Positions 1 to 10,293 are shown, counted from the first letter of the stretch. The stretch: 45,236 bases of DNA from Acidobacteriaceae bacterium (GCA_043765355.1 JAYUJG010000224.1:1-45236); one strand, 5' to 3'. A program made the numbers and translations. The notes: generated from the letters alone by a model not told the origin.

Positions 1-295
1 CCCCATCCGGCTCACAAATCTCGAAGACGGAGTCGAGTTGCGTAACCTTCAACACCTCGCGCACCTGCGGAGTCGGATTTAACAGCTGCAGATAAACACC
101 AGCCGCTTGCAGCGCCACCAGAACGCCGATGCCCGCGGCATCGATCGCGCTTACCGCCGCCAGGTCGAGAGCTATGCAGGGCTGTTGTTCTGCCAGGGCA
201 GCGCACAAAATCGCCGTCTCGTCGCCGCTTACGATCCTGCCCTGGCAGTGCAGAATCGCCGTCTCATCGGAACGCTCAACAGTCACGGTCAGCAT
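1..295 (-). CDS. STAS-domain anti-sigma-factor antagonist (SpoIIAA-like); C-terminal end lies beyond the window edge
   Basis: Absent from the ORF track because there is no stop inside the window. My reverse-complement translation from ATG at 295 is MLTVTVERSDETAILHCQGRIVSGDETAILCAALAEQQPCIALDLAAVSAIDAAGIGVLVALQAAGVYLQLLNPTPQVREVLKVTQLDSVFEICEPDG, open to position 1. The pattern LDL..V..ID..G.GVLV...L.L.....V..VL..T.L..VF is typical of STAS domains. Confidence 0.7.
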   Translation of the reverse strand, partial: MLTVTVERSDETAILHCQGRIVSGDETAILCAALAEQQPCIALDLAAVSAIDAAGIGVLVALQAAGVYLQLLNPTPQVREVLKVTQLDSVFEICEPDG

Positions 296-502
296 GGCTC
301 GATCTCCTGATGGTTCGACCTCATGTTGCTTCGCCCTGATGGGTGCGCCGGTCAGTGGCGAATGAAAAGCGAATATTAAACTAAGGTTACGGTGGATGGC
401 AAGTCCCGTCCGGCGTTCTTGTTTTACGACTGCGGGAAAGAACTTAACCGCAAAGTTCGCAAAAGACTCGCAAAGTGCTCTAAGCAAATCCTTTACTGAT
501 CC

Positions 503-871
503 CTACACGTTGACCCCGGCTTTTGGCTCCCTCGACTCCTTCGAGGATGCGGAGTGCGATCCAAACGGGCCGCAATGGCCGCCGAAACCCTGGCGCATCT
601 TCTCGCGCTCTTCGGGAGTCATGTTTTCCCAGCGCTCCTTCATACGATACCGCCAATCCATGTGGCGGTCGGCCCCGCCGTGAAATCCTCCAAAAAATAT
701 CTTGCTCAGCAGTAATAGACCGACGGCCTGCCAGAAGGTGATCACATGCCAGCCAAAAAGAGCCGGCATCAGGGCATTCCACAGGCTCATCACCAGGAAT
801 CCGAACAGGGCAGCGAACAGCACCGCACAGAGCGCGAACTTTAGTCCTCTCAACATCCAATTTGTTTTCAT
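503..871 (-). CDS. small two-TM membrane protein immediately downstream of the ECF sigma factor (possible partner or anti-sigma; function unknown)
   Basis: 122-aa ORF. Its ATG lies 3 nt after the sigma-factor stop. It has two hydrophobic helices (FALCAVLFAALFGFLVMSLW and ITFWQAVGLLLLSKIFFGGF) followed by a charged tail (MTPEEREKMRQ). No HxxxCxxC zinc anti-sigma motif. Confidence 0.55.
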   Translation of the reverse strand: MKTNWMLRGLKFALCAVLFAALFGFLVMSLWNALMPALFGWHVITFWQAVGLLLLSKIFFGGFHGGADRHMDWRYRMKERWENMTPEEREKMRQGFGGHCGPFGSHSASSKESREPKAGVNV

Positions 872-874
872 TAG

Positions 875-1468
875 TTATTGCCCTCCTACTTTCGCAAACT
901 CGGTATAAACATCTCGGAGCCGCTCGCGCAAATGAATCACTGCGTAATGCTTGCGCGAAAGCAGCGTATTGACGCTGATGCCGGTTTCAGCGGCGATTTC
1001 CTTGAAACTGTGGCCTTCGACTTCATGGGCGAGGAAAACTTCACGCTGCTCGTCGGGCAAGTCTTCCAAAGCATCCTCCAGTTCCTCGATCAACACGCCC
1101 CGGGCGAAAACGGCGTCGGGGCCAGCCTCGGGCGACGGGAGCAGATCTTCGAGGGTCAAAAACTCTCCGTCGCCCGCAGCGACCGGATCGTTCGTCGATG
1201 CGTAGGGCTTCTTCTTGCGGAACAAATCGGTAATGCGATTGTGCGCGACGCGAAACATCCACGCGCCCACCTGCTCGATCGGCTGCATCAGGCGATAGGC
1301 TTCGACGAACTCGTAGAAGACGACCTGCAGAATGTCTTCCGCGTCGGCCTGGTCGGCGACACGTCTCCGGATAAAATTGCGGAGCCGGCCCTTTTCGCGA
1401 TCGATCGTTTCAGAGATTCGCTGGTCTTGCTCCACCATCATCCACTGTTTTCTCAGCGCCTCGTCCAT
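875..1468 (-). CDS. ECF-type RNA polymerase sigma-70 factor
   Basis: 197 aa. Region 2 is DAEDILQVVFYEFVEAYRLM...AWMFRVAHNRITDLFRKKK. The region 4 HTH is LPDEQREVFLAHEVEGHSFKEIAAETGISVNTLLSRKHYAVIHLRERL. Confidence 0.9.
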   Translation of the reverse strand: MDEALRKQWMMVEQDQRISETIDREKGRLRNFIRRRVADQADAEDILQVVFYEFVEAYRLMQPIEQVGAWMFRVAHNRITDLFRKKKPYASTNDPVAAGDGEFLTLEDLLPSPEAGPDAVFARGVLIEELEDALEDLPDEQREVFLAHEVEGHSFKEIAAETGISVNTLLSRKHYAVIHLRERLRDVYTEFAKVGGQ

Positions 1469-1586
1469 CTACCTGGGTAGACGGATGGGCGAGAGAAATA
1501 TTTTAGAGGATCGAGGGGATTGCTGATTTCTGGCGGAGGCTGGATGGGGCACAGGCGCGGCCCGTTTGTGTTTTACAATACCGCGC

Positions 1587-1967
1587 ATGGACTATCTCCT
1601 TAAAACCGAACCGACGGTGTATTCCTTTGCGGACCTGGCGCGCGACAAAACAACGATTTGGGATGGAGTGACGAATCCCGCGGCGGTCAAGCATCTGCGC
1701 GAAATGAAGCCGGGCGAAGGCCTGGTCATCTACCACACCGGCGACGAAAAGAGCGCGGTGGGAACGGCGTCGGTGGTTTCGATCGACGCGAGCGATCCCA
1801 AGGTTCCGCAGGTAAGGATTAAAGCCGGGAAGCCGATTGCAACACCCAAGACGCTGGCGGAAATCAAGTCCCATAAATTATTTACAGAATCGCCGCTGGT
1901 GCGGCAAGGGCGACTCAGCGTAGTGCCGCTGAGTGCCGCGCAGCACTCATGGCTGGCCGGGGACTGA
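1587..1967 (+). CDS. EVE (PUA-like) domain protein
   Basis: MDYLLKTEPTVYSFADL...IWDGVTNPAAVKHLREMKPGEGLVIYHTG fits the EVE/DUF55 N-terminal pattern. I moved the start from ORF-track 1566 to the internal ATG that opens the conserved block. Confidence 0.8.
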   Translation: MDYLLKTEPTVYSFADLARDKTTIWDGVTNPAAVKHLREMKPGEGLVIYHTGDEKSAVGTASVVSIDASDPKVPQVRIKAGKPIATPKTLAEIKSHKLFTESPLVRQGRLSVVPLSAAQHSWLAGD

Positions 1968-2076
1968 GAGATTTGCTATACAAACCCGACATCTCTAACG
2001 AGCGTCCTGCTTGTGTGGTGACGGGGCTTTGCCCCGTTTGCGAGGCGGAGCACCGCCACCACAATTCCTGGCCGGA

Positions 2077-2457
2077 CTACGTTCTCACCACGCGCTCGAT
2101 GCAATCGGGCTCTGGGCAGGCGAAGGTGACGTGGTTGCGTTGGCGGTCGAGACTGATGATGAACATCGGTCTTCCATGCCGATCGCAGCTCGGCTGATTC
2201 GGCGTCAGAACCGGGGCCTCTCCGCGTTTGGGCGTGGAGTAGCCGATGCGTTCCCCAAAACACCGATGGCAGAACTTATCGGTGCAGCGAAAGAATTCGA
2301 TGGAATAGTCGGCGCTGTAGGGAGCCAGGGCAGGCTCCATGGTGCGAAAGTGCTGATCGCAAAGGGGCAGGATGTCCGTCCGCATGCGAAGCGAGTTTAG
2401 CACTTCGCAGGAGTCGGCGCGGAATACGCCAATTCGGAGATGAGCCCGCGGCATCAA
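2077..2457 (-). CDS. Cys/His-rich hypothetical protein with two putative zinc-ribbon units
   Basis: 126-aa ORF that starts 24 nt after the stop of the FtsX permease. It has duplicated motifs: LPLCDQH...RCTDKFCHRC and PSCDRH...ACPEPDC. I recognise no family. Confidence 0.4.
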   Translation of the reverse strand: MMPRAHLRIGVFRADSCEVLNSLRMRTDILPLCDQHFRTMEPALAPYSADYSIEFFRCTDKFCHRCFGERIGYSTPKRGEAPVLTPNQPSCDRHGRPMFIISLDRQRNHVTFACPEPDCIERVVRT

Positions 2458-2480
2458 CTTAGTTCGACCGCAGCTCGACT

Positions 2481-3626
2481 TTAGCCGATGTGGCGCAGAG
2501 CATCGACGATGCCGAGGTTCGACGCGCGATAAGAGGGCAGGACGCCGCTGACCAGCCCCACGGTGGCAGCGACCAGCATGACTACGAGCGCGGTGGCTGC
2601 GGTCATGTGCATCGAGACCGGCATGCCAATTCCGGGACGCGACATGGCTTTGATGACGAGAGTCCCCAGCGTTACTCCCACGGTACCGCCAATCAGAGCG
2701 ATGGCTACCGATTCGCCCAGGAGCAGTTTAAGTATGCTGTCGCGCGTGAAGCCGAGAGTGCGCAGGACGGCGACTTCCCGGGTGCGCTCGCGGATCGACA
2801 TGGCCATGGTGTTGGCGCAGACCAGGAGCGTGGTGAAGAGTACAGCTCCGCAGATGCTGAGAATGAATGTCTTCACACTGCCCATCGTCGCAATGAAATC
2901 AAGCTTAAACGCCTGTTCGCTCTCGCTTTTTGTGGGGACTGGACTGCCGTGGAACAGGTCATCGATGCCACGAGCGGTGCGCGGCATGTTATTGGGAGTG
3001 TCGACCCGAGTGAAGTAAAAACCAGCCGAGTCTTTAAAAAAATTGACGGACTCTTCCAGATACTTTGTGTGGAAGTAGAGCGCGCTGTTGGAGGGATCGA
3101 TGGAGTAGATGCCGCGCACGACCAGATCGAGATTGGTGGGGAAGATGGTGCCCTGGAGAATGATGTGGTCACCGATCTTCCAACGATGCTTGTTCGCCAG
3201 TTGAACGTCGACGACGCAGCCCGCGCGGTCGCGCTTCCAGGCGGCGAGCTGGTCGGCTGGCACAATCTTGTCGGCGGCTACGTCGAAGTATTCATCGGGG
3301 TCGGTCGCGAACTGGGGAAAATAGTTTTCCGGCTTGTCGTCAATATACTTGCCGCCGAACCACGTCATCGGGACAACATGCACCACGCCGGGAACAGTGC
3401 GAATTTTGTCGCGATAGTAAATGGGAAGAAAATTCGCCAGTGAGACCTTGTGCCGGGTCATGATTCGCAGCGCCGAGTCGGGCGCTCCTCTGTCGATGTA
3501 AAAACTGCGCCAGACGCAGAGCATGATGCACAGCAAGAGCAGAGAAAAGCCGATGCTTGCGACCGTCAGCAGACTGCGGCGTTTGTTACGGAAGGCGGAT
3601 TTGGCGACGAAGGTCGTGAGGGTCAT
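2481..3626 (-). CDS. FtsX/MacB-type ABC transporter permease with no adjacent ATPase gene
   Basis: TM1 is FVAKSAFRNKRRSLLTVASIGFSLLLL. A large extracytoplasmic domain follows, then a C-terminal FtsX block (ILSICGAVLFTTLLVCANTMAMSIRERTREVAVLRTLGF...). I set the start at ATG 3626 (MTLTTF...) instead of ORF-track 3737. Confidence 0.85.
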   Translation of the reverse strand: MTLTTFVAKSAFRNKRRSLLTVASIGFSLLLLCIMLCVWRSFYIDRGAPDSALRIMTRHKVSLANFLPIYYRDKIRTVPGVVHVVPMTWFGGKYIDDKPENYFPQFATDPDEYFDVAADKIVPADQLAAWKRDRAGCVVDVQLANKHRWKIGDHIILQGTIFPTNLDLVVRGIYSIDPSNSALYFHTKYLEESVNFFKDSAGFYFTRVDTPNNMPRTARGIDDLFHGSPVPTKSESEQAFKLDFIATMGSVKTFILSICGAVLFTTLLVCANTMAMSIRERTREVAVLRTLGFTRDSILKLLLGESVAIALIGGTVGVTLGTLVIKAMSRPGIGMPVSMHMTAATALVVMLVAATVGLVSGVLPSYRASNLGIVDALRHIG

Positions 3627-3709
3627 GGAGTGATGACAAGAACATTTTACAACGGCAGCGGAGCCTTGGGTGCCGAGGTCAGATTGTCTAAGGAGCAGGG
3701 GTGCTGCGA

Positions 3710-4177
3710 CTAGAGTGGAGTTCCACTTGTAATGCAATGCTGAATCGACCCGCTGGCGTCGGTTTTAAAAATGCCGGATTGATCGGAGCACAACGCTGGC
3801 ATGTGGTTGAGTAATGGGCGCGCGGTTATGAGGTAGTTTCGATTTGGGCCGATACCGGTCGTCGCATTACAGCCACTCAACTCGAATGCGTACTCATTCC
3901 ACCTACCTGTCTGCGCCAGCGTCATGAACAGCTCGTCTTTTCCCAACTCCGGTAACGTGCACACGTAGCCAAGGCCGGGATGAGAATCGGCGAAATTTCT
4001 TTCGGCAGTTACGAGCGTTCGAACCGTACCTATCGCCGCATCAAGGTATCCAAGATTTAGCAACCCTCGAACAAATCCAAACGCGACCCAACCGCACGCC
4101 GCCAAGGCGATGAATCCCAACACCCACGTCATGCCAGTGATCTTGCGTCGTCTAACGTCTGAAAACATTGCAATCAC
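3710..4177 (-). CDS. membrane-anchored pilin-fold-like hypothetical protein without a prepilin leader motif
   Basis: 155 aa with an N-terminal TM (WVLGFIALAACGWVAFGFV). It continues AAIGTVRTLVTAERNFADSHPGLGYVCTLPELG...YAFELSGC...YLITARP...LCSDQSGIFKTD, which resembles the globular part of type IV pilin-like proteins. There is no G/FTLIE cleavage motif. The start overlaps the upstream ligase stop (4174-4177). Confidence 0.5.
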   Translation of the reverse strand: MIAMFSDVRRRKITGMTWVLGFIALAACGWVAFGFVRGLLNLGYLDAAIGTVRTLVTAERNFADSHPGLGYVCTLPELGKDELFMTLAQTGRWNEYAFELSGCNATTGIGPNRNYLITARPLLNHMPALCSDQSGIFKTDASGSIQHCITSGTPL

Positions 4178-5760
4178 AATAAACTCTTGCGCAGCTCTCG
4201 GCGTAGAATTTTTCCCGATGCAGTCCTCGGCATCGCCTCGACGAAGCGAACCTCGCGGGGCTGTTTGTGATGTGCGAGGCGGTCGGCGACGAAAGCGCGC
4301 AGTTCTTTTTCCAGCGCTTTGGAAGGAGCGAAGCCTTCGCGCAGGACAACAAAAGCGCAGGGGATTTCTCCCGCCTCAACGTCAGGCTTGGCCACTACGC
4401 CGCAATCGCGAACCGCTGGATGCTCCAGCAACAGCGCCTCAACTTCCGCAGGCGCGACTGGAAAGCCTTTGTATTTGATCATTTCTTTGCTGCGGTCGAG
4501 AACGTAATAGAAGCCGTCGGCGTCCGCGCGCACAATGTCGCCAGAAAAATACCAGCCATCGCGAAGGACGGAGGCAGTGGCTTGCGGATCCTTCCAATAG
4601 CCCATCATGAACTGCGGGCCGCGCATGACGAGTTCGCCAGCCTCGCCTTCGGCGACTTCATTTCCTTCGCTGTCGACGATCCGGCACTCCGTGAGCGCCA
4701 GCGCCTGCCCGATCGAAGCGGGACGATTCATTGCGGCCGGCGCGTTGTGGCCCACATGCGTCACGGGCGAAGCTTCGGTCATGCCGTATCCCTGATTGAC
4801 GATGATGCCGGTCAGGTCGGTCATGCGGCGCGCCAGTTCGGGCGCGAGCGGCGCCGCGCCGCACTTCATCCAGCGAACCCTGTGATTCTTTGGGAAACTC
4901 CCGGCTTCGGCGGCCTGACAGAGCGCGTTCATCGCGGGCGGGACCATCAACATCATGGTGATGTTTTCCTGTGTGAGAAGCGCACACACTTTCTGCACGT
5001 CAAAGCGCGGCATCAGGACCAGCGTGGACCCGAGCGTCAGCGAGAGCGTCAGGGCGACCGTGAGCCCATAGATGTGATAGAGCGGCAGGAAGCAGAGAAT
5101 CACGTCTTCGGGCACGAGCGGCGCGGCGTTTGGACCGATCGTCTGAAACACGTTGGCCACCAGGTTGTAGTGCGAGAGCATGACGCCCTTGGGCAATCCC
5201 GTGGTTCCGCTGGAGTAGGGAAGGGCGGCGAGAGTTTGTTGCGAAGTAGCGCCGGGTTTTGGGAATTCGGCGGAGGTGGGTTGCAGCAAACTGGAAAAGT
5301 CTCCGCAGCCTGCGCGTTGGCTGCGCTCGTTGCTGTTGCGTGTTGTAAAGATGCGGCGGAGGTTGGGAAGCCCGGCGAGGTTCACGTTTTCAAGCAGCGG
5401 TGCGTCGGTGATCAGAAACGCAGCCCCGGAAGTTTCCAGTTGATAGCGGATCTCGCGCTCGCGATACGACGGATTCAGCAGCGTCGGGACGGCTCCGGCA
5501 AGCGTGGCTGCGTGATAGGTGATGGCAAATTCCCAGGAATTCGGAAGGAAAATCGCTACAATTTCTCCGGGGGCGAGTCCAACGGAAATGAGGCCCCGGG
5601 CAAGGGATTCAACCAGGCCGCCATACTCGGCGAAAGTCAAGCGGCGGCCGCACGAAGTGTCAACCAGCGCTGTCTTCGTGTTGTTCTGCCTGCAACTGTC
5701 GAGAACGACGTCATGGACAAAGCGGTCGGCCGGGTCGGCGTAGAGTTGGGTGCGAAGCAT
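4174..5760 (-). CDS. AMP-dependent acyl-CoA synthetase/ligase (4-coumarate / fatty-acid CoA ligase family)
   Basis: 528 aa. AMP-binding signature YSSGTTGLPKGVMLSH, GYGMTE, and C-terminal SGKILRRELR. Confidence 0.9.
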   Translation of the reverse strand: MLRTQLYADPADRFVHDVVLDSCRQNNTKTALVDTSCGRRLTFAEYGGLVESLARGLISVGLAPGEIVAIFLPNSWEFAITYHAATLAGAVPTLLNPSYREREIRYQLETSGAAFLITDAPLLENVNLAGLPNLRRIFTTRNSNERSQRAGCGDFSSLLQPTSAEFPKPGATSQQTLAALPYSSGTTGLPKGVMLSHYNLVANVFQTIGPNAAPLVPEDVILCFLPLYHIYGLTVALTLSLTLGSTLVLMPRFDVQKVCALLTQENITMMLMVPPAMNALCQAAEAGSFPKNHRVRWMKCGAAPLAPELARRMTDLTGIIVNQGYGMTEASPVTHVGHNAPAAMNRPASIGQALALTECRIVDSEGNEVAEGEAGELVMRGPQFMMGYWKDPQATASVLRDGWYFSGDIVRADADGFYYVLDRSKEMIKYKGFPVAPAEVEALLLEHPAVRDCGVVAKPDVEAGEIPCAFVVLREGFAPSKALEKELRAFVADRLAHHKQPREVRFVEAMPRTASGKILRRELRKSLL

Positions 5761-5905
5761 CGTGGGTGATTGTAACTAGAGATTCAGGAAGTGAAAAGCA
5801 GTGGAAGTTCTCAGGAAAGATGCGGAGAAACATTGGCGCGTAGCTTGTCGCCGTTTGCGGAGCACCTTCGGCTGCATCGGCGGCCACAGTTCTTAGGAAC
5901 GACGA

Positions 5906-6151
5906 CTAAGCGCTCAATTTGCGCAAGAATTCCCGTTCGTCCATGCGGTACTTGAATGCCTTATGTCCATTGATGAAGACCACGGGAACCTCGTCGTTGT
6001 AGAGTCGTCGCGCGATGGCGTCGGAATCCACGTCAACTTCGCGCCAGGTGAAGCCGCCGCGCTTGTGCAGCTTGACGATGCTCTCTTTGACGATTTCGCA
6101 GAGATGACATCCCTTGCGCGAATAGACGACGACTTCGCCAGAATGCGCCAT
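5906..6151 (-). CDS. glutaredoxin-like thiol-disulfide oxidoreductase
   Basis: 81 aa. VVVYSRKGCHLCE carries a CxxC motif, and VPVVFINGH fits a thioredoxin fold. Confidence 0.8.
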   Translation of the reverse strand: MAHSGEVVVYSRKGCHLCEIVKESIVKLHKRGGFTWREVDVDSDAIARRLYNDEVPVVFINGHKAFKYRMDEREFLRKLSA

Positions 6152-6240
6152 GCGACGGAGTGTAGCAGTTTGGGGGCGGCGTTTCCACGTCCAATGATGC
6201 CGCGCTCTGTGTCCCGCGAATCAGGGCGTAAAATCTCGGG

Positions 6241-6984
6241 ATGACTACAAACGGACGGGCACTCTCCGGAAAAACATTGCTGGTTACAGGCGCAGCGAAA
6301 CGGCTCGGCTGCGCTATTGCATTGGCTGCAGCTAAAGACGGCGCCAACGTGGCGATCACCTACCGCGAGTCGGCGCGTGAAGCCCACGCGCTCGTCGGAG
6401 AACTGGCTGAGCATGGCGTCGAAGCGCTCGCGGTGCGGTGCGATGTGGCCGACGAAAAAAGTGTCCGCGAGATGGTGAAAGAGGTCGCGCGAGAATTCGA
6501 CGGCATCGACGTGCTCGTCAATAACGCCGCCAACTACGAGACGGTCGAATTTGACAAAATTACGGTGGCGCAATGGGATGCGATGTTTGCGTCCAATGTG
6601 CGGGGTCCATTCCTGGTGTCGCGCGAAGCGCTGCCATATTTGAGAAAACGAAAAGGCCGTATCGTAAACATGGGATCGCTCGGCGGCTTGCGGCCCTGGG
6701 CAACGCATGTGCACTACTGTTCGTCGAAGGCGGCGCTGCACATGCTCACCCAGGCGATGGCGAAGGCTCTGGCTCCAGAAATCGCGGTAAATGCGGTGGC
6801 TCCGGGAATGATCGATTTGGAGGAAAAGGCGGCGGCAGCATTCATGAAAAGGACGGCGAAACAAACGCCAATGCAACGCAGCGGGACGGCGGCGGACATC
6901 GCAGCCGCTGTGATGTTCTTTGCCACCGCTCCCCAATTTATTACCGGCCAAATCCTGGCGGTGGATGGCGGGCTGGGGCTTTAG
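6241..6984 (+). CDS. short-chain dehydrogenase/reductase (SDR), pteridine-reductase-like
   Basis: 247 aa. Rossmann motif LVTGAAKRLG, NNAA, and the catalytic YxxxK as YCSSKAAL. Confidence 0.9.
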   Translation: MTTNGRALSGKTLLVTGAAKRLGCAIALAAAKDGANVAITYRESAREAHALVGELAEHGVEALAVRCDVADEKSVREMVKEVAREFDGIDVLVNNAANYETVEFDKITVAQWDAMFASNVRGPFLVSREALPYLRKRKGRIVNMGSLGGLRPWATHVHYCSSKAALHMLTQAMAKALAPEIAVNAVAPGMIDLEEKAAAAFMKRTAKQTPMQRSGTAADIAAAVMFFATAPQFITGQILAVDGGLGL

Positions 6985-7148
6985 CTCTGAGTAGCGTGGC
7001 ATCTTGCCCTCGGCGTCGGCAGGCGAGACGCGCCCAAACAGCCGCCGGGAACTGCAGGGCTACCTGGAAAGCAATTTGTTTCCCGGCGCGGCTTCGCGTA
7101 TCGTTCGATTTCACCCTGTGATAGGACTTTCAAAAATAACAATAACTT

Positions 7149-7739
7149 ATGACGAAACTCATTTTCCGCGCAGCTCCAGTGCTGGTTTTGTTTGTGTTGC
7201 TCCACGCAACCGTCTTTGCCGAGGATCGCCCTGAGGAGGGAGGTCACGAACTACAAGTCTGGACCGGCGGCGGCCGCTCCGTCCCTGGCGGGACCAAGGA
7301 CACGAGCGTATGGAACACGGGATTCCGCTATGGCTGGATTTTGACGGCGCCGCACGGTCCCGGATTTCTCAACGGACGTTTCGAATACGCCGTCGATGCG
7401 GTGCCTGTGTTTGTGGTTTTTCAGCCTAAGAATATCGCTTACGGCGCGGGCGTCAATCCGCTGGGGTTGAAATGGATTTTCGCCACACGCGGCAGCGTCG
7501 CGCCCTATCTCGAACTTAACGGCGGCACGCTGTTTACAAGCCACGAAGTTCCCACGGGAACGTCGACCGTGAACTTCACGTCGAGCGCGGCGTTGGGGTT
7601 GCACTTTCTGCGCCAGCGCGCGTGGACGGTCGAGGTGCGCTACATGCATATTTCCAACGCCGGATTAACCAAGCCGAATCCGGGGATCAATACCGTGCAG
7701 GTACGTCTGGGGCTCGGGAAGTTCTTCGGTAAAAAATAG
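7149..7739 (+). CDS. outer-membrane acyloxyacyl hydrolase / lipid A 3-O-deacylase (PagL-like)
   Basis: 196 aa. Signal peptide MTKLIFRAAPVLVLFVLLHATVFA, beta-barrel-like alternating hydrophobicity, and the His-x-Ser-Asn catalytic motif YMHISNAG near the C-terminus. Confidence 0.7.
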   Translation: MTKLIFRAAPVLVLFVLLHATVFAEDRPEEGGHELQVWTGGGRSVPGGTKDTSVWNTGFRYGWILTAPHGPGFLNGRFEYAVDAVPVFVVFQPKNIAYGAGVNPLGLKWIFATRGSVAPYLELNGGTLFTSHEVPTGTSTVNFTSSAALGLHFLRQRAWTVEVRYMHISNAGLTKPNPGINTVQVRLGLGKFFGKK

Positions 7740-7848
7740 CTTCCGTACTCGTACAATTTCATTGCTGAGCCCGACGAAACCTGGTATCAAATCGTTTCAA
7801 TACGGGGCGCGCCCGCTTCGGGCACCCGCTGACAGCGGGGAGCATGTC

Positions 7849-8986
7849 ATGCAAGTCATGAAGGTTAGAGCGCGGCGACATTTTCTTTTGGGGACTCTCT
7901 CGGGTCTAGTCATCCTGGCGTCATGTGCGGCGTGGGCGTAGGGTGGGGTCGCGGGCGGAAAGCCCCTGTTGGGGTACTATCCGGAGTGGTCGAAGACCAA
8001 CAATCCCCCGTTTGTTTACTCAGCGGACAAAATCCCTACAACCAGCTCACCCACATCGCGCACGCATTCGTGTTGCTCGATGCGAAAGCCGACGCACTCT
8101 CAGCGTGCCGCCGGGATTTGTTGAGCCGGCGCTGATCCCGAAGGCGCACGCTGCCGACGTCAAGGTAATGCTCTCGATTGGCGGCGGAGATGGAATCGAA
8201 GGCCCGCGATTCGATCGTATGGCGTGCGACGAGGCCCATCGTCAGGCATTTGTCCGTAACGTGCATCGCTTTCTGGCTAGGCACGGCTATGACGGTGTGG
8301 ACATTGACTGGGAAATTCCATTCGAGAAAGACTCTTCGAATTGCGTCACGCTGATGCAGGAGTTGCGCAACGAACTGCCGTCGCCGCGGTTGATTTCGAT
8401 GGCAACGCCATCCGATCCGCGCAGCTGGGGACGGGGCTTCGACATCCCCGCACTGGCGCCGATTCTGGACCTCATGAATGTGATGACGTACGACTACACG
8501 GGTTCGTGGACGGGGTGGACTGGCATCAATTCTCCTCTGTTTAAGGACTCGGCGGACCCCAACCAACTTGGCAGCATAGAAACATCGATGGATCTCTACC
8601 AAACCATCTACGGTGTGCCGCCCGCGCAACTGAACATTGGCACCGCTTTCTAGGGATATGAATTTGACGGTGTGAGTTCATTGTGGACGGCGTGCAGGGT
8701 GTGCGCGGCTGGTTAGCAGAATTACGGTCCCTACATCAAACCGCTGATCAATCATCAAGGCTGGCAAAGGCAATTACGACGATGCCTCGAAGTCTCCCTA
8801 TCTGGTGAACTCGACTCTGCCCGGATTTATTACCTACGACGATGCCGCGACCACGAACCGCAAGACGCGTTACATCCTCAATCAACGCGGGTTTGGAGGG
8901 GTATTTATGTGGGAGTTAGCGCCGATTACGACGGGCGGTCGCAGGATTTTCTGGACGCAATGTACAAAGGCTGGCAGGCGAAATAG
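7849..8986 (+). pseudogene. decayed glycoside hydrolase family 18 (chitinase-like) gene
   Basis: A signal peptide (MQVMKVRARRHFLLGTLSGLVILASCAAWA) runs into TAG at 7939. GH18 blocks are spread over all three frames: GYYPEWSKTNNPPFVYSADKIP / YNQLTHIAHAFVLLDAKAD / LSVPPGFVEPALIPKAHAADVKVMLSIGG...DGVDIDWE...MNVMTYDY / YDDASKSPYLVNSTLPGFITYDD...GGVFMWEL / SADYDGRSQDFLDAMYKGW. There are further in-frame TAGs at 8651 and 8714. Confidence 0.8.
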
Positions 8987-9016
8987 CGGTATCTCGCACG
9001 CGAGGACCGGCAGATG

Positions 9017-10246
<1,230 letters not shown>

Positions 10247-10293
10247 CGTTAGTGTTCCCGAATATTCCCGAACAATTGCTACCGTATCCGCCG

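Noticed and set aside
4267-5769. 500-aa plus-strand ORF
   Set aside because: It is antisense to the acyl-CoA ligase, which carries clear AMP-binding motifs. The antisense product is Arg/Gly/His-rich and has no motifs.
5914-7002. 362-aa minus-strand ORF
   Set aside because: It is antisense to the well-supported SDR gene and overlaps the glutaredoxin gene in another frame. The composition is Arg/His/Cys-rich with no motifs. This is a typical shadow ORF of a high-GC gene.
10255-10272. Tandem TTCCCGAA-TA-TTCCCGAA in the 47-nt spacer between the second permease and the ATPase
   Set aside because: It is only two short copies in a spacer that must also hold the ribosome-binding site. I could not connect it to any known motif, and it could easily be chance. 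It is mentioned only for completeness.
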